A stretch of 64,000 nt of DNA from Candidatus Nomurabacteria bacterium (GTDB taxonomy: Bacteria > Patescibacteriota > Minisyncoccia > Phycocordibacterales > UBA918). The DNA lies in assembly GCA_020632095.1 (NCBI GenBank), contig JACKGF010000001.1:6549-70548 (forward strand), read 5' to 3'. Below the pieces are notes generated by a model. It was not told the origin of the DNA. It worked only from the letters and a program-made list of their open reading frames with translations, and ran no database searches. The position numbers and the translations under genes are program-made. Every line of letters begins with the position of its first letter. Position 1 is the first letter of the stretch. Positions 36,133 through 44,886 of this stretch are shown piece after piece.

Positions 36133-36354
36133 ATGAAGAAAAAAAGATTAGAACGAGATGAAGAGAAAGCGGTGGTGTCTGGAGTAATGGCTGGTATGGC
36201 TAATTACTTTGAACAAGACCCCGTCTTGTTTCGAGTGGCAGCTATTGCTTTTTTGTTACTGACAGGAATATTCCCTGGAATACTGTTGTATCTGGCAGCT
36301 TGGTGGGTGATGCCAAAACGGGATAAGAATCGGGTTGATTATGAGATTGAATGA
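36133..36354 (+). CDS. PspC-domain protein
   Basis: VSGVMAGMANYFEQDPVLFRVAAIAFLLLTGIFPGILLYLAAWWVMP matches the PspC domain. Confidence 0.7.
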   Translation: MKKKRLERDEEKAVVSGVMAGMANYFEQDPVLFRVAAIAFLLLTGIFPGILLYLAAWWVMPKRDKNRVDYEIE

Positions 36355-36373
36355 GAAAAGGAGCCTATAGGCG

Positions 36374-36408
36374 GTCAGAATTTGCCCAAGGGCAGAGCAA
36401 ATTCTGAC
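36374..36408. terminator. 12-bp-stem hairpin downstream of pspC
   Basis: GTCAGAATTTGC-ccaagggcaga-GCAAATTCTGAC. There is no clear T-run. Confidence 0.4.
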
Positions 36409-36528
36409 ATACAAAAATTATAGTCATTGCATTCCTTAATTTTTGCAACTATTTCGAATTTATGCAGGCGCTTAGTCAGATTGCTGGAAAATAATGACTA
36501 GAAGGAATATATTTTCTGTATGCAAGGC

Positions 36529-36550
36529 TCAGACCTGCCTAGGGAGAATA
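36529..36550. repeat. third copy of the CTNAGNCC-NGC-YTAGGGAGAAT element
   Basis: ctcagacctgcctagggagaat matches the 5805 copy ctaagaccggcttagggagaat at 19 of 22 positions. Confidence 0.45.
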
Positions 36551-36598
36551 TGACTGTAGCGAGCTGCAAAGAACTCCAACTATCAAAGTCTGACCTCG

Positions 36599-37798
36599 CT
36601 ACTTAGTATCCTCAATATTAAGAGTGAAAAACATAGCTGGAATCATTAGGCTAGCGGTTACGATAAACAGTAGGTTGAATGGTAAATAGAGCAAAGCGAG
36701 GCTGGCCAGTAATGCCCCCATTACATAAGCTAAGGGGCGAGTAATGCGAAAAAAACTAATGATTTGAGCGTCGCTACTGGTTGTCTGTTTGAAGAAGTAG
36801 CTTTCGGTGGTTACCTCAACAAAGCTAGCCCCTACTCTAGTACAGAACATAACGATTGACCAAACCAATACACTACTGACGGTAATAAATGACATCCATG
36901 ACACAGAGACCGCTAAAATTAAAAAACCAAATCCCATCATCTCTTTTTCTCCGATGTATTTGTCTGCAATAATACCGATAGGGTACTCTAATATCACATA
37001 AGCCATTTGTGCAAAGAACATTACGACGCCAAATTCAGCCCAAGATAAACCGATGGTGTTGGTTAAGTAAAGAGGTGTGTATACCACCATCACCATAAAA
37101 AACATTTGCAGTACGAAGTGAGCTAAAAATACAAACCGAATATTTTTTTTCAGCCAAAAAGTTCTAAGAGCGGAAAGTAAATCAATTTCTTTATATTCAG
37201 GATCAGAAAAATCTTTAAAGAAGAAAATCAGGATGGCAATTATCGGTAATAAAGTCACAGCACTTACTACGTAGGCGTTAGTAAAATCGCCAGTGGATTG
37301 GTCGATAAGTAGACTACTAATAAGTGGAGATAGTGCGCCGATGAAACTGGTGATAGTTAAAAGCAGACCACGTCGACTGCCAGTGCTTGTTTCGTTGTTG
37401 CCGATTTGCTCTTCCATGAAGACGTCTATATTAAAGACGATTAATGGAACTGAAATTAAGTGAATAAGAAATAAAGGGACAGCTACTCTAAGACTGTCTG
37501 CAAAGGCCATACCAGAAACCGCCATTAAGTCTAATACAAGCAGGATAAGAGTTAGTTTGAAGTTACCTACTCGATGCAAAACGCTTGAGATAAACAAAAA
37601 AATTAAAATACTTAAGGCTGAGCCGACCGTGTAAATTGTTCCGACCGCCGTGGTTGAAATAAACTGCTCAAGAAAGGATGAGTTGATGTAGGCAACTATG
37701 AAAGCATGAAAGATTAGTAGTAAGCTGGCAACATAGATGGGTACAAGGTGACGTTTTGGGTGGTGTGGTCGAACGAAGGTGTGTGAGGTACGAGGCAT
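36599..37798 (-). CDS. MFS-type transporter (12 TM)
   Basis: Hydropathy pattern and size only. Confidence 0.5.
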   Translation of the reverse strand: MPRTSHTFVRPHHPKRHLVPIYVASLLLIFHAFIVAYINSSFLEQFISTTAVGTIYTVGSALSILIFLFISSVLHRVGNFKLTLILLVLDLMAVSGMAFADSLRVAVPLFLIHLISVPLIVFNIDVFMEEQIGNNETSTGSRRGLLLTITSFIGALSPLISSLLIDQSTGDFTNAYVVSAVTLLPIIAILIFFFKDFSDPEYKEIDLLSALRTFWLKKNIRFVFLAHFVLQMFFMVMVVYTPLYLTNTIGLSWAEFGVVMFFAQMAYVILEYPIGIIADKYIGEKEMMGFGFLILAVSVSWMSFITVSSVLVWSIVMFCTRVGASFVEVTTESYFFKQTTSSDAQIISFFRITRPLAYVMGALLASLALLYLPFNLLFIVTASLMIPAMFFTLNIEDTK

Positions 37799-37809
37799 AA
37801 TGAGTCTAT

Positions 37810-37888
37810 TATAGCCGGTTAAAGCAAAGCTTTAACCGGCTATAAACAGTTAGTAAACGACCATCGGTCCTAAGGCCGATGGTCGTTT
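37810..37888 (-). terminator. twin perfect hairpins downstream of rnj
   Basis: TATAGCCGGTTAAAGC-aaagc-TTTAACCGGCTATA at 37810-37844 and AAACGACCATCGGTCC-taa-GGCCGATGGTCGTTT at 37855-37888, immediately after the rnj stop. Confidence 0.45.
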
Positions 37889-37892
37889 ATGG

Positions 37893-39917
37893 TTATATCC
37901 CAATTAGTACTGGAATCACCATTGGGTTCTTTTGGGTCTTTTGGAGGAGGAAGCCACTGACAGTATCGGCTAGTTCGTCTTTGACATATTCAAGGTCTAG
38001 GGGATGCATGCCCTCAGTGTGCTTTTCAACGGTTCGTTTAATTAGGACACGAGCCTCAGATAGTAGTTGTTGATTTTCTCTTAGGTAAATAAATCCACGA
38101 GAAATAATGTCTGGAGACTTACGCAATTTACCGTTTTTGGTATTGACTGTAGCAATAATGACGAACATTCCGTCTTCGGAAAGGCTTTGTCGGTCGCGTA
38201 ATACGACTTCCTGACGAGTTCCTACTGTAAAGCCATCAACCATCATTTCTTCAGTCGGAATTTTCATTGGTTGAATCTTCATGTCGGTACCATTGGTAAT
38301 ATCGATGATGGTCCCGTTGTCTGGGACAGCGATATGGTCACGCGGGAAACCATTTTCCACCGCTGCATACATATGACTCTTAAGGTGATAGTGGTGTCCG
38401 TGAACAGGAATTAGGAACTTTGGCTTAAGAGTCTGGTGTACCCAAACTAGTTCGCCAGCGTTACCGTGACCAGAAGAGTGAACGTGTGAACCTTGGTAGT
38501 TAATCACCTTAACATTCTTACGGTAAATATTATCTTTAAGCTTTTGGACAGCAATTTCATTACCTGGAATAACTGAAGAGGAAAGGACAATCGTGTCTCG
38601 CTCGGTCAGGGTAATAAACTTATGCTTATCAGTGGCCATACGCATCAGGGCAGCAAATTGTTCACCTTGGGCGCCAGTAGAAAGGATGACAATTTTGTCA
38701 GATGGATAGTCGTTGATATCTCCGGCGTTGATGAAAGTATGAGGTTTAACTTCTACTAGCTTGGCTTGAATAGCGATATCAATATTGGTTTTAATACTCC
38801 GTCCTTCCATCACTACTTTCTTGCCAGTCGCTTCACAAACTTTAATAATACTAATCAGACGGTCGAATTGTGAGGCAAAGGTACCAATAATCAGTCGTCC
38901 GGTTGAATTTGTGATAATTTCTTCGAGAGTATCAAACACTTTTCCTTCAGAGGCAGAGAAGCCTGCTCGGTCGGAGTTAGTGGAATCACAAAGTAGAGCT
39001 AGGTTGTTGTTTAGACCAACTTTTTCCCATGATGAGCGTTCTTCAACCACCACTTCACCATCTTCGTGAACTAACTTAATGTCACCAGTAACAACTACGT
39101 CGCCATACTTGGTTTCGATCTGTACGCCCATCGCGTCTGGAATTGAGTGAGTAACCGGGAAAGTTTTAATCTTAGTAGTTCCGACAGTAAAAGATTCCCC
39201 TTCCTTAATTACATTCATTGTTAGTTTTTCCATGTGAGGAAATTCCTCTTGACGCTTTAGAATCATTAAAGAGGTTAAGTATTGAGTATAAACTGGAGGA
39301 TTACCAATTCTTTCCATGATAAAGGGAATTCCGCCGATGTGGTCGAGGTGACCGTGAGTAACTACTAGGGCACGGATTTTGTCCTTTCTTTCTTCAAGAT
39401 ACTGAGTGTTGGGTAGGATGTAGTTTATACCAGGCGCGTTGCTTTCTTCTGATACGAATTGAAAACCAGCGTCCACCACAATAATGTCGTCCTTGGTTTC
39501 AATAATGTTCATATTGCGACCAATTTCTTCCACACCAGACACTGTTATGATTCGAACTGTGTTTTCGTCGGTGATTTCTGGGATAACGGGTAATTTTTCA
39601 TCAGTCACATCCATGCGGTGGGTGAGAGCTGGTGAAGTGTTTGAACGACGACGTTGTTGATTGTTGCGTCGGTTTCGATTGTTTCGCCTGGCTGGTTTTG
39701 TTCCAGTTCCAGTACCTGGTTGAGTTGATGGACGAGTACCATGTTGAGCTGAAGGGCGACCACTTGGTCGGGGGGAACCGCTAACATAAGGCCTTCGGGC
39801 TGGCCTGGTAGTCGAAGTTCCGCCATTAGTGTTTAATCTAGCATGATGAGGTCGGGGAGTTCTGCGTTGGGGACGAGTGTTGCCACCGCTGGTATTTGTA
39901 TTTTCTGTTGAATTCAT
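37893..39917 (-). CDS. rnj: ribonuclease J (beta-CASP metallo-beta-lactamase RNase) with an Arg/Pro-rich N-terminal extension
   Basis: VTHGHLDHIGG and the beta-CASP and C-terminal domain blocks. The first 100 or so aa are low-complexity R/P/T/N-rich. Confidence 0.85.
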   Translation of the reverse strand: MNSTENTNTSGGNTRPQRRTPRPHHARLNTNGGTSTTRPARRPYVSGSPRPSGRPSAQHGTRPSTQPGTGTGTKPARRNNRNRRNNQQRRRSNTSPALTHRMDVTDEKLPVIPEITDENTVRIITVSGVEEIGRNMNIIETKDDIIVVDAGFQFVSEESNAPGINYILPNTQYLEERKDKIRALVVTHGHLDHIGGIPFIMERIGNPPVYTQYLTSLMILKRQEEFPHMEKLTMNVIKEGESFTVGTTKIKTFPVTHSIPDAMGVQIETKYGDVVVTGDIKLVHEDGEVVVEERSSWEKVGLNNNLALLCDSTNSDRAGFSASEGKVFDTLEEIITNSTGRLIIGTFASQFDRLISIIKVCEATGKKVVMEGRSIKTNIDIAIQAKLVEVKPHTFINAGDINDYPSDKIVILSTGAQGEQFAALMRMATDKHKFITLTERDTIVLSSSVIPGNEIAVQKLKDNIYRKNVKVINYQGSHVHSSGHGNAGELVWVHQTLKPKFLIPVHGHHYHLKSHMYAAVENGFPRDHIAVPDNGTIIDITNGTDMKIQPMKIPTEEMMVDGFTVGTRQEVVLRDRQSLSEDGMFVIIATVNTKNGKLRKSPDIISRGFIYLRENQQLLSEARVLIKRTVEKHTEGMHPLDLEYVKDELADTVSGFLLQKTQKNPMVIPVLIGI

Positions 39918-39962
39918 ATCTTCTTTTCTGAATAATAATTGTTTATAAATTTTGTTTTTAAA

Positions 39963-41702
39963 CTAAATGTCTTGTTGAAAAATAGGCCACAAGGAATCAC
40001 TTTCAGTATGCCAATCGTCAATATTGGAAAATCTATCTGCGGGTCGGCCTGGGTTGGTAATTGGTACGACAGTTACGTCTTTACTCACCAAATATGTAAA
40101 GTTTGGCTGAAACAAAAAGATAGCTGGCCGTTCATTTTCGATAATTTCACTTGCTTTGGTTAAGGTCTCGTTTCTAGCTACAATGTTCTGTTCAGTTCGG
40201 GCTTCTTCTAATAAAGCATCAACACTAACGTTGGCGTATTGTGCAATATTAAGCCCTGGATCATCTTGTTGTGATGAGTGCCAAAATGGATATAAGTCAT
40301 ATGTACGACTCATATCAAGTCCAAATAATAAAGCTTCAAAGTCACGCGGACGAATTACTGATTGAACTAATCCTGTTTGTTCAAACTGCTCGGTCACCAC
40401 TTCAACCCCAATTGCTTCCCATTGTTCAATTATTGTATTGGCTAATGGTCCAAATAGTGGGGCGTTGCTGGTGCGCAGGGTAATACTTAGTGTCACTGGT
40501 CCGCCGTTAATGGATTTTTCCCACAAACCGAGGTTGTTTTTTATCCAACCAGCTTTTTTAAGAATGGCTATGGCTTCTTCTTGTCTAGTGCTGGTGGCTG
40601 TGTCTTCTGTGCTGTCCATAGATTCTAGCTCAGTCTGGCTCAAGGGGGTAGGGCCGTTAATGGGGATACCGTAACCAAAGAGTGTTTTTTCAATCAATTC
40701 ATCTTTATTAAGTGCAACTGTCAATGCTTGCCGGACGGCACTATCTCTTAGAATAGGGGAGCGATTTTGGTTAAAGAAAATACCAAAAGTGCGGGGCAGA
40801 GGTTCGTTTATTAGCTGAAAGTTTTTGATGTCCAACTCAGAAACTCTTTCGGCTGATATGTAGGCAGTAGCATCTACCATTTTGTTTTGTACAGCCGTAA
40901 TTAAATCGTCTTCATTTTGATAAAAGTCTAATTCCAGCGTATCAATTTTTGGGTTGGAGTTGTTTTTGCGGTAGGCAGTTAGAGTGTAGTTTTTAATTAA
41001 GCCAGAAGTGTTGTGTTCGGTTTTGGTGATTGCAAACGAGCCAGAGCCAATTGGTTCGGTGTTTAGTTGGCTAAAAGGAAGTTGTTCAACCGGTAGACTG
41101 CTCCACGAGTGAGCTGGCATGATACCAAGAGTAAAGTTCTCGATAAAAGGAGCATAAGGCTCTTTAAGAACTATATTTAGCTCGTATTCCCCAACTTCTT
41201 CCAAGGTCACATCAGACCAGTTACCTCGTAAAGGACTTTTAAGGTCGGGGTTTTGAATTAGTTGTATGGTAAAAATAACATCTTTAGCGGTGAGTGGTGT
41301 TCCATCGTGGAAAGAAACGTCTTGACGAAGGACTATGTTGTAGGTCAAACCATCATCGCTGGTGGTAATACTCTCGGCAAGATCGTTAACCAGATTCCCT
41401 TCAGAATCGATTTTCATTAAACCACTATATACCAAGGCTGTAACATCCTGATCGGCTCTAGTGATAGCAAGAGCGGGGTTTACAAATCTTGGGGTTCCAA
41501 TAATGCCTTCAGTAATTGAACCACCACGAACTGCTGTTTGTTCGGAGTATTGTTGATTAATAGTAAATAATAACCAAATAACACTCGAAACTACCGCAAA
41601 AAAAGCTAATCGAAGGATTAATTTATCGCTACCTGGGACTGACTCAATTAGGCTTAGAAAGCGGTCTAGAAGTCGCCGTGACGGTTTAATGGAGATTTTC
41701 AT
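39963..41702 (-). CDS. family-5 extracellular solute-binding protein (peptide/nickel ABC-type), membrane-anchored
   Basis: SBP_bac_5-like blocks and an N-terminal TM helix. The start is placed at the internal Met (MKISIKPSRR). Confidence 0.65.
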   Translation of the reverse strand: MKISIKPSRRLLDRFLSLIESVPGSDKLILRLAFFAVVSSVIWLLFTINQQYSEQTAVRGGSITEGIIGTPRFVNPALAITRADQDVTALVYSGLMKIDSEGNLVNDLAESITTSDDGLTYNIVLRQDVSFHDGTPLTAKDVIFTIQLIQNPDLKSPLRGNWSDVTLEEVGEYELNIVLKEPYAPFIENFTLGIMPAHSWSSLPVEQLPFSQLNTEPIGSGSFAITKTEHNTSGLIKNYTLTAYRKNNSNPKIDTLELDFYQNEDDLITAVQNKMVDATAYISAERVSELDIKNFQLINEPLPRTFGIFFNQNRSPILRDSAVRQALTVALNKDELIEKTLFGYGIPINGPTPLSQTELESMDSTEDTATSTRQEEAIAILKKAGWIKNNLGLWEKSINGGPVTLSITLRTSNAPLFGPLANTIIEQWEAIGVEVVTEQFEQTGLVQSVIRPRDFEALLFGLDMSRTYDLYPFWHSSQQDDPGLNIAQYANVSVDALLEEARTEQNIVARNETLTKASEIIENERPAIFLFQPNFTYLVSKDVTVVPITNPGRPADRFSNIDDWHTESDSLWPIFQQDI

Positions 41703-41806
41703 AATTATAAATTGAAAAAGAAATGATTTTGTGTAATTGAAAATATTTACACAGATCAAAATGCTTGTTTGAAACAATACAATAGGTAAGTGACCAGTTA
41801 TGTAAG

Positions 41807-42046
41807 TTAAGCTATTACGTTAAGAAAAGCTGAGAGTACAAACAGGATTGCGATACCGATTGAGAATTTAAACAAGAAAAGCTCAGCGCCTCGGCGCTTA
41901 TGGAAAGCTGAACTAAAGTTGTCGCCACCAAATGCTCCTCCCAAACTAGAACCACGCTGTTGCAAAAGAATCGCAGCAACGAGAAGGATGGAGAGAATTA
42001 TCTGGATATAAGGCAGTGCTGGAAGCACTGATTCGATAATATTCAT
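41807..42046 (-). CDS. secG: preprotein translocase subunit SecG
   Basis: 79 aa with 2 TM helices and LLQQRGSSLGGAFGG, typical of SecG. Confidence 0.75.
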   Translation of the reverse strand: MNIIESVLPALPYIQIILSILLVAAILLQQRGSSLGGAFGGDNFSSAFHKRRGAELFLFKFSIGIAILFVLSAFLNVIA

Positions 42047-42153
42047 GCCCCGAGAGCATAGCAGAAAGTAGGGCAGTAGGCAAGCTCTGGGCTCCTGTGT
42101 TCGAATAAGAAACGACCCCTGGTGTAGGGGTCGTCAAGACTTCTAGTTTTTTG

Positions 42154-42417
42154 TCAGTAGGCAAACTTTGTGCTGATTTCAACACAGTACTTGTTACCCT
42201 CGTTGTCAGTTACAGTCAAAGGGATGACCCCGTGACGTGCGCCCGGCGCACTAAGGGCAGCTGTGATCTCAGTGGTCATTACCAGGCCAGGTATGGCGAC
42301 CAATCCAGATTGGGATATGACCATATTACCGTCCTTGAGTTCACACTGACCCGCGTCAGGGTTAAACGCGTCACCTGCTCTGCGTACACTTTTAAACTTA
42401 TTCATGCATTTCTCCAA
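42154..42417 (-). CDS. hypothetical small protein
   Basis: 87-aa ORF, GC-richer than its neighbours. No motif. Confidence 0.3.
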   Translation of the reverse strand: MEKCMNKFKSVRRAGDAFNPDAGQCELKDGNMVISQSGLVAIPGLVMTTEITAALSAPGARHGVIPLTVTDNEGNKYCVEISTKFAY

Positions 42418-42484
42418 TCGGTGCGTACATTTGGTTAAGGTTGCTGTAAAACAGTAGCATAAATAGCTAATTTGTCAAGCAAAA

Positions 42485-42511
42485 TTGCAAACATTCTTGG
42501 CTGTCGTATAA
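42485..42511 (+). promoter_or_regulatory. candidate sigma70-type promoter for groES-groEL
   Basis: TTGCAA, 16 nt, TATAAT, about 85 nt upstream of the groES start. Confidence 0.35.
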
Positions 42512-42595
42512 TGGCGGGGCGACAGGGATGTTGGACGTTTTTGGTGTCGCGTGAAAAAGTTGAATTATTATTACGTTCTTAAGTTTATAGATATT

Positions 42596-42928
42596 ATGTC
42601 AGCAGACGCAAAGAAAAGCACTAGCCCGATAAAACCTTTGGGTGATCGAGTGATTGTTAGACCACTTCTAGATGAGGAATTAGGGACAGTTTCAGCCTCT
42701 GGAATCATAATTCCAGACTCAGCTAAGAAAGAAAAACCAGAACAGGGAATTGTAATTGCAGTTGGACCAGGTAAATGGGATGAAGATGGAGAAAAACGAA
42801 TTCCAATGGAGGTTAAAGAAGGAGATAGAGTAGTTTTCTCAAAATATGGCTTCGATGAAGTAAAGTTTGATAACAAGGAGTACTTCATCGTTTCAGAATC
42901 TGGTATTTTGGGGATATTTAATGCGTAA
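42596..42928 (+). CDS. groS: co-chaperonin GroES
   Basis: IKPLGDRVIVRP...GIIIPDSAKEKPEQGIVIAVGPG. The start is placed at ATG 42596. Confidence 0.85.
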   Translation: MSADAKKSTSPIKPLGDRVIVRPLLDEELGTVSASGIIIPDSAKKEKPEQGIVIAVGPGKWDEDGEKRIPMEVKEGDRVVFSKYGFDEVKFDNKEYFIVSESGILGIFNA

Positions 42929-42987
42929 GTAAACTAGCGTAGGTGAAATAGTCTGGGAGATTATTTCATGATTGCGAAAGTACGTTC

Positions 42988-43016
42988 GAATTCGCGCTGT
43001 TCCTAGCGCGAATTCC
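42988..43016 (+). promoter_or_regulatory. 11-bp-stem hairpin in the groES-groEL spacer
   Basis: GAATTCGCGCT-gttcct-AGCGCGAATTC, overlapped by an alternative GTTCC..GGAAC pairing. The spacer is 135 bp. Confidence 0.3.
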
Positions 43017-43063
43017 TGGACGCGGAACTTGGAAACTATTGAATTTAAAATTTAACAAACATT

Positions 43064-44719
43064 ATGGCAAAACAAGTATTATTTGGAGAAGAAGTAAAAA
43101 AGAAGTTACAGAAAGGAGTGGATACCGTGGCTAATGCAGTGAAAGTAACCCTAGGTCCCCGCGGTCGCAATGTGATTCTTGATAAGGGTTATGGTGGACC
43201 AACTATCACCAACGATGGTGTTTCTATCGCTAAGGAAATCACACTTAAGGATAAGTTTGAGAACATGGGGGCTGAAATCATCAAGGAAGTAGCCAACAAA
43301 ACTAACGAAATTGCTGGTGACGGAACTACAACTGCTACTGTGTTGACTCAAGCCTTGGTCAATGAAGGTTTGAAGCAAACCACCATGGGAGTGAATGCGA
43401 TGGCTGTCCGTAATGGAATGGAACACGCTTCACAAGATGTGGTGGAAGCTTTGAAGGAAATGGCTACCAAAATTGGGTCAGTTGATGAGATTAAGCAAGT
43501 AGCGACTATCTCAGCTGAAAGTGCAGAACTGGGTGAAAAAATCGCTGAAACCATTGATAAGGTCGGAAAGGACGGTGTAGTGACTGTTGAAGAGTCACAG
43601 TCCTTTGGGATTGAGACCGAATTGACTGAGGGGATGCAATTTGACAAGGGTTATGTTTCTCCATATATGGTGACTAACCCTGAGCGAATGGAGTCAGAAT
43701 ATAAAGACGCCCAGATTCTTATCACCGATAAGAAAGTGGCGAGTGTGCAGGAAATTCTGCCTCTACTAGAAAAAATTGCCCAAACTGGCAAGAAAGAGTT
43801 GGTGATTATTGCTGATGACGTTGAAGGAGAAGCTCTGACAACTTTTGTCGTAAACAAGCTTAAGGGAGGATTTTCAGTCTTGGCAGTGAAAGCACCTGGT
43901 TACGGAGACCGTAAGAAGGAAATTCTAGCGGATATTGCGGTGACTACTGGTGGAACCCTGATTTCTGATGACTTTGGTCTAAAGCTGGAAGATGTTGAAT
44001 TGGCTCAACTAGGTAAGGCTGATCGAGTAATTGCTACTAAGGATAATACAACTATTGTTGGTGGCGGTGGAGCAAAGTCAGATATTACTGATCGTGTAGC
44101 GGCTCTTAAAGCACAGTTGGAACAGGTTACTTCAAAATTTGATAAAGAAAAGATTAGTGAACGAATTGCTAAATTGTCTGGGGGTGTAGCTGTGATTCGG
44201 GTTGGAGCGGCGACCGAAACCGAAATGAAGTATCTTAAGCTTAAAATTGAAGACGCTGTTAATGCTACCAAAGCAGCGATTGAAGAAGGTATTGTGCCAG
44301 GGGGAGGAACTGCTTTGGCTAAAGCAGCCGCAAAAGTTGAGGCTAATTTGCTTAAAAAGAAAGACTTAGGGCGAGAAGAACTAATTGGCTACAATATTGT
44401 CCTAAAAGCCCTTGAAACACCACTTAAGCAGATTGCTGACAATACCGGTAAACATGATGGAGTGGTGATTGTGCAAAAAGTTAAGGAAGCGGGTGGAAAT
44501 GCTGGTTACGATGCGGCTAAGGGTGAAATGATTGACGATATGATTAAGGCGGGGATTATCGACCCGGTAAAGGTGGCTCGTTCTGGTGTACAACATGCCG
44601 TTTCAGCTGCCGCGATTCTCCTTACTTCAGAAGCAGCGATTGCTGATGACCCAGAAGATAGTAAGCCTGATATGTCTGGTATGGGCGGTATGGGTGGAGG
44701 TATGGGCGGTATGATGTAG
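43064..44719 (+). CDS. groL: chaperonin GroEL
   Basis: Full-length Cpn60 with the C-terminal GGM repeat ([15 protein letters not shown]). Confidence 0.95.
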   Translation: MAKQVLFGEEVKKKLQKGVDTVANAVKVTLGPRGRNVILDKGYGGPTITNDGVSIAKEITLKDKFENMGAEIIKEVANKTNEIAGDGTTTATVLTQALVNEGLKQTTMGVNAMAVRNGMEHASQDVVEALKEMATKIGSVDEIKQVATISAESAELGEKIAETIDKVGKDGVVTVEESQSFGIETELTEGMQFDKGYVSPYMVTNPERMESEYKDAQILITDKKVASVQEILPLLEKIAQTGKKELVIIADDVEGEALTTFVVNKLKGGFSVLAVKAPGYGDRKKEILADIAVTTGGTLISDDFGLKLEDVELAQLGKADRVIATKDNTTIVGGGGAKSDITDRVAALKAQLEQVTSKFDKEKISERIAKLSGGVAVIRVGAATETEMKYLKLKIEDAVNATKAAIEEGIVPGGGTALAKAAAKVEANLLKKKDLGREELIGYNIVLKALETPLKQIADNTGKHDGVVIVQKVKEAGGNAGYDAAKGEMIDDMIKAGIIDPVKVARSGVQHAVSAAAILLTSEAAIADDPEDSKPDMSGMGGMGGGMGGMM

Positions 44720-44757
44720 AAAGATCCAATATTTCACTTAAATTGATGTTTAAGTAG

Positions 44758-44790
44758 AAAAAGCGCAGGCCATAGGCCTGCGCTTTTTCG
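44758..44790 (+). terminator. rho-independent terminator after groEL
   Basis: AAAAAGCGCAGGCC-ata-GGCCTGCGCTTTTT. An identical copy is at 48014-48046. Confidence 0.7.
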
Positions 44791-44886
44791 TAGTCTTATC
44801 CACTCAACTACGCAAAAAAAACATAAATGATAAAACTCAGCTGATACAATTAAAATATTTAGTAATTACTTATAAATTTATTTCTT

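Noticed and set aside
42050-42150. Hairpin ACGACCCCTGGTGTAGGGGTCGT between secG and the 42154 ORF, as a terminator
   Set aside because: It lies upstream of secG and downstream of the 42154 gene on the minus strand, but lacks a T-run in the required orientation. It was left unannotated.
42420-42595. CIRCE/HrcA operator upstream of groES
   Set aside because: There is no TTAGCACTC-N9-GAGTGCTAA-like inverted repeat. Only a short GCGACA..TGTCGC repeat and a sigma70-like promoter are visible.
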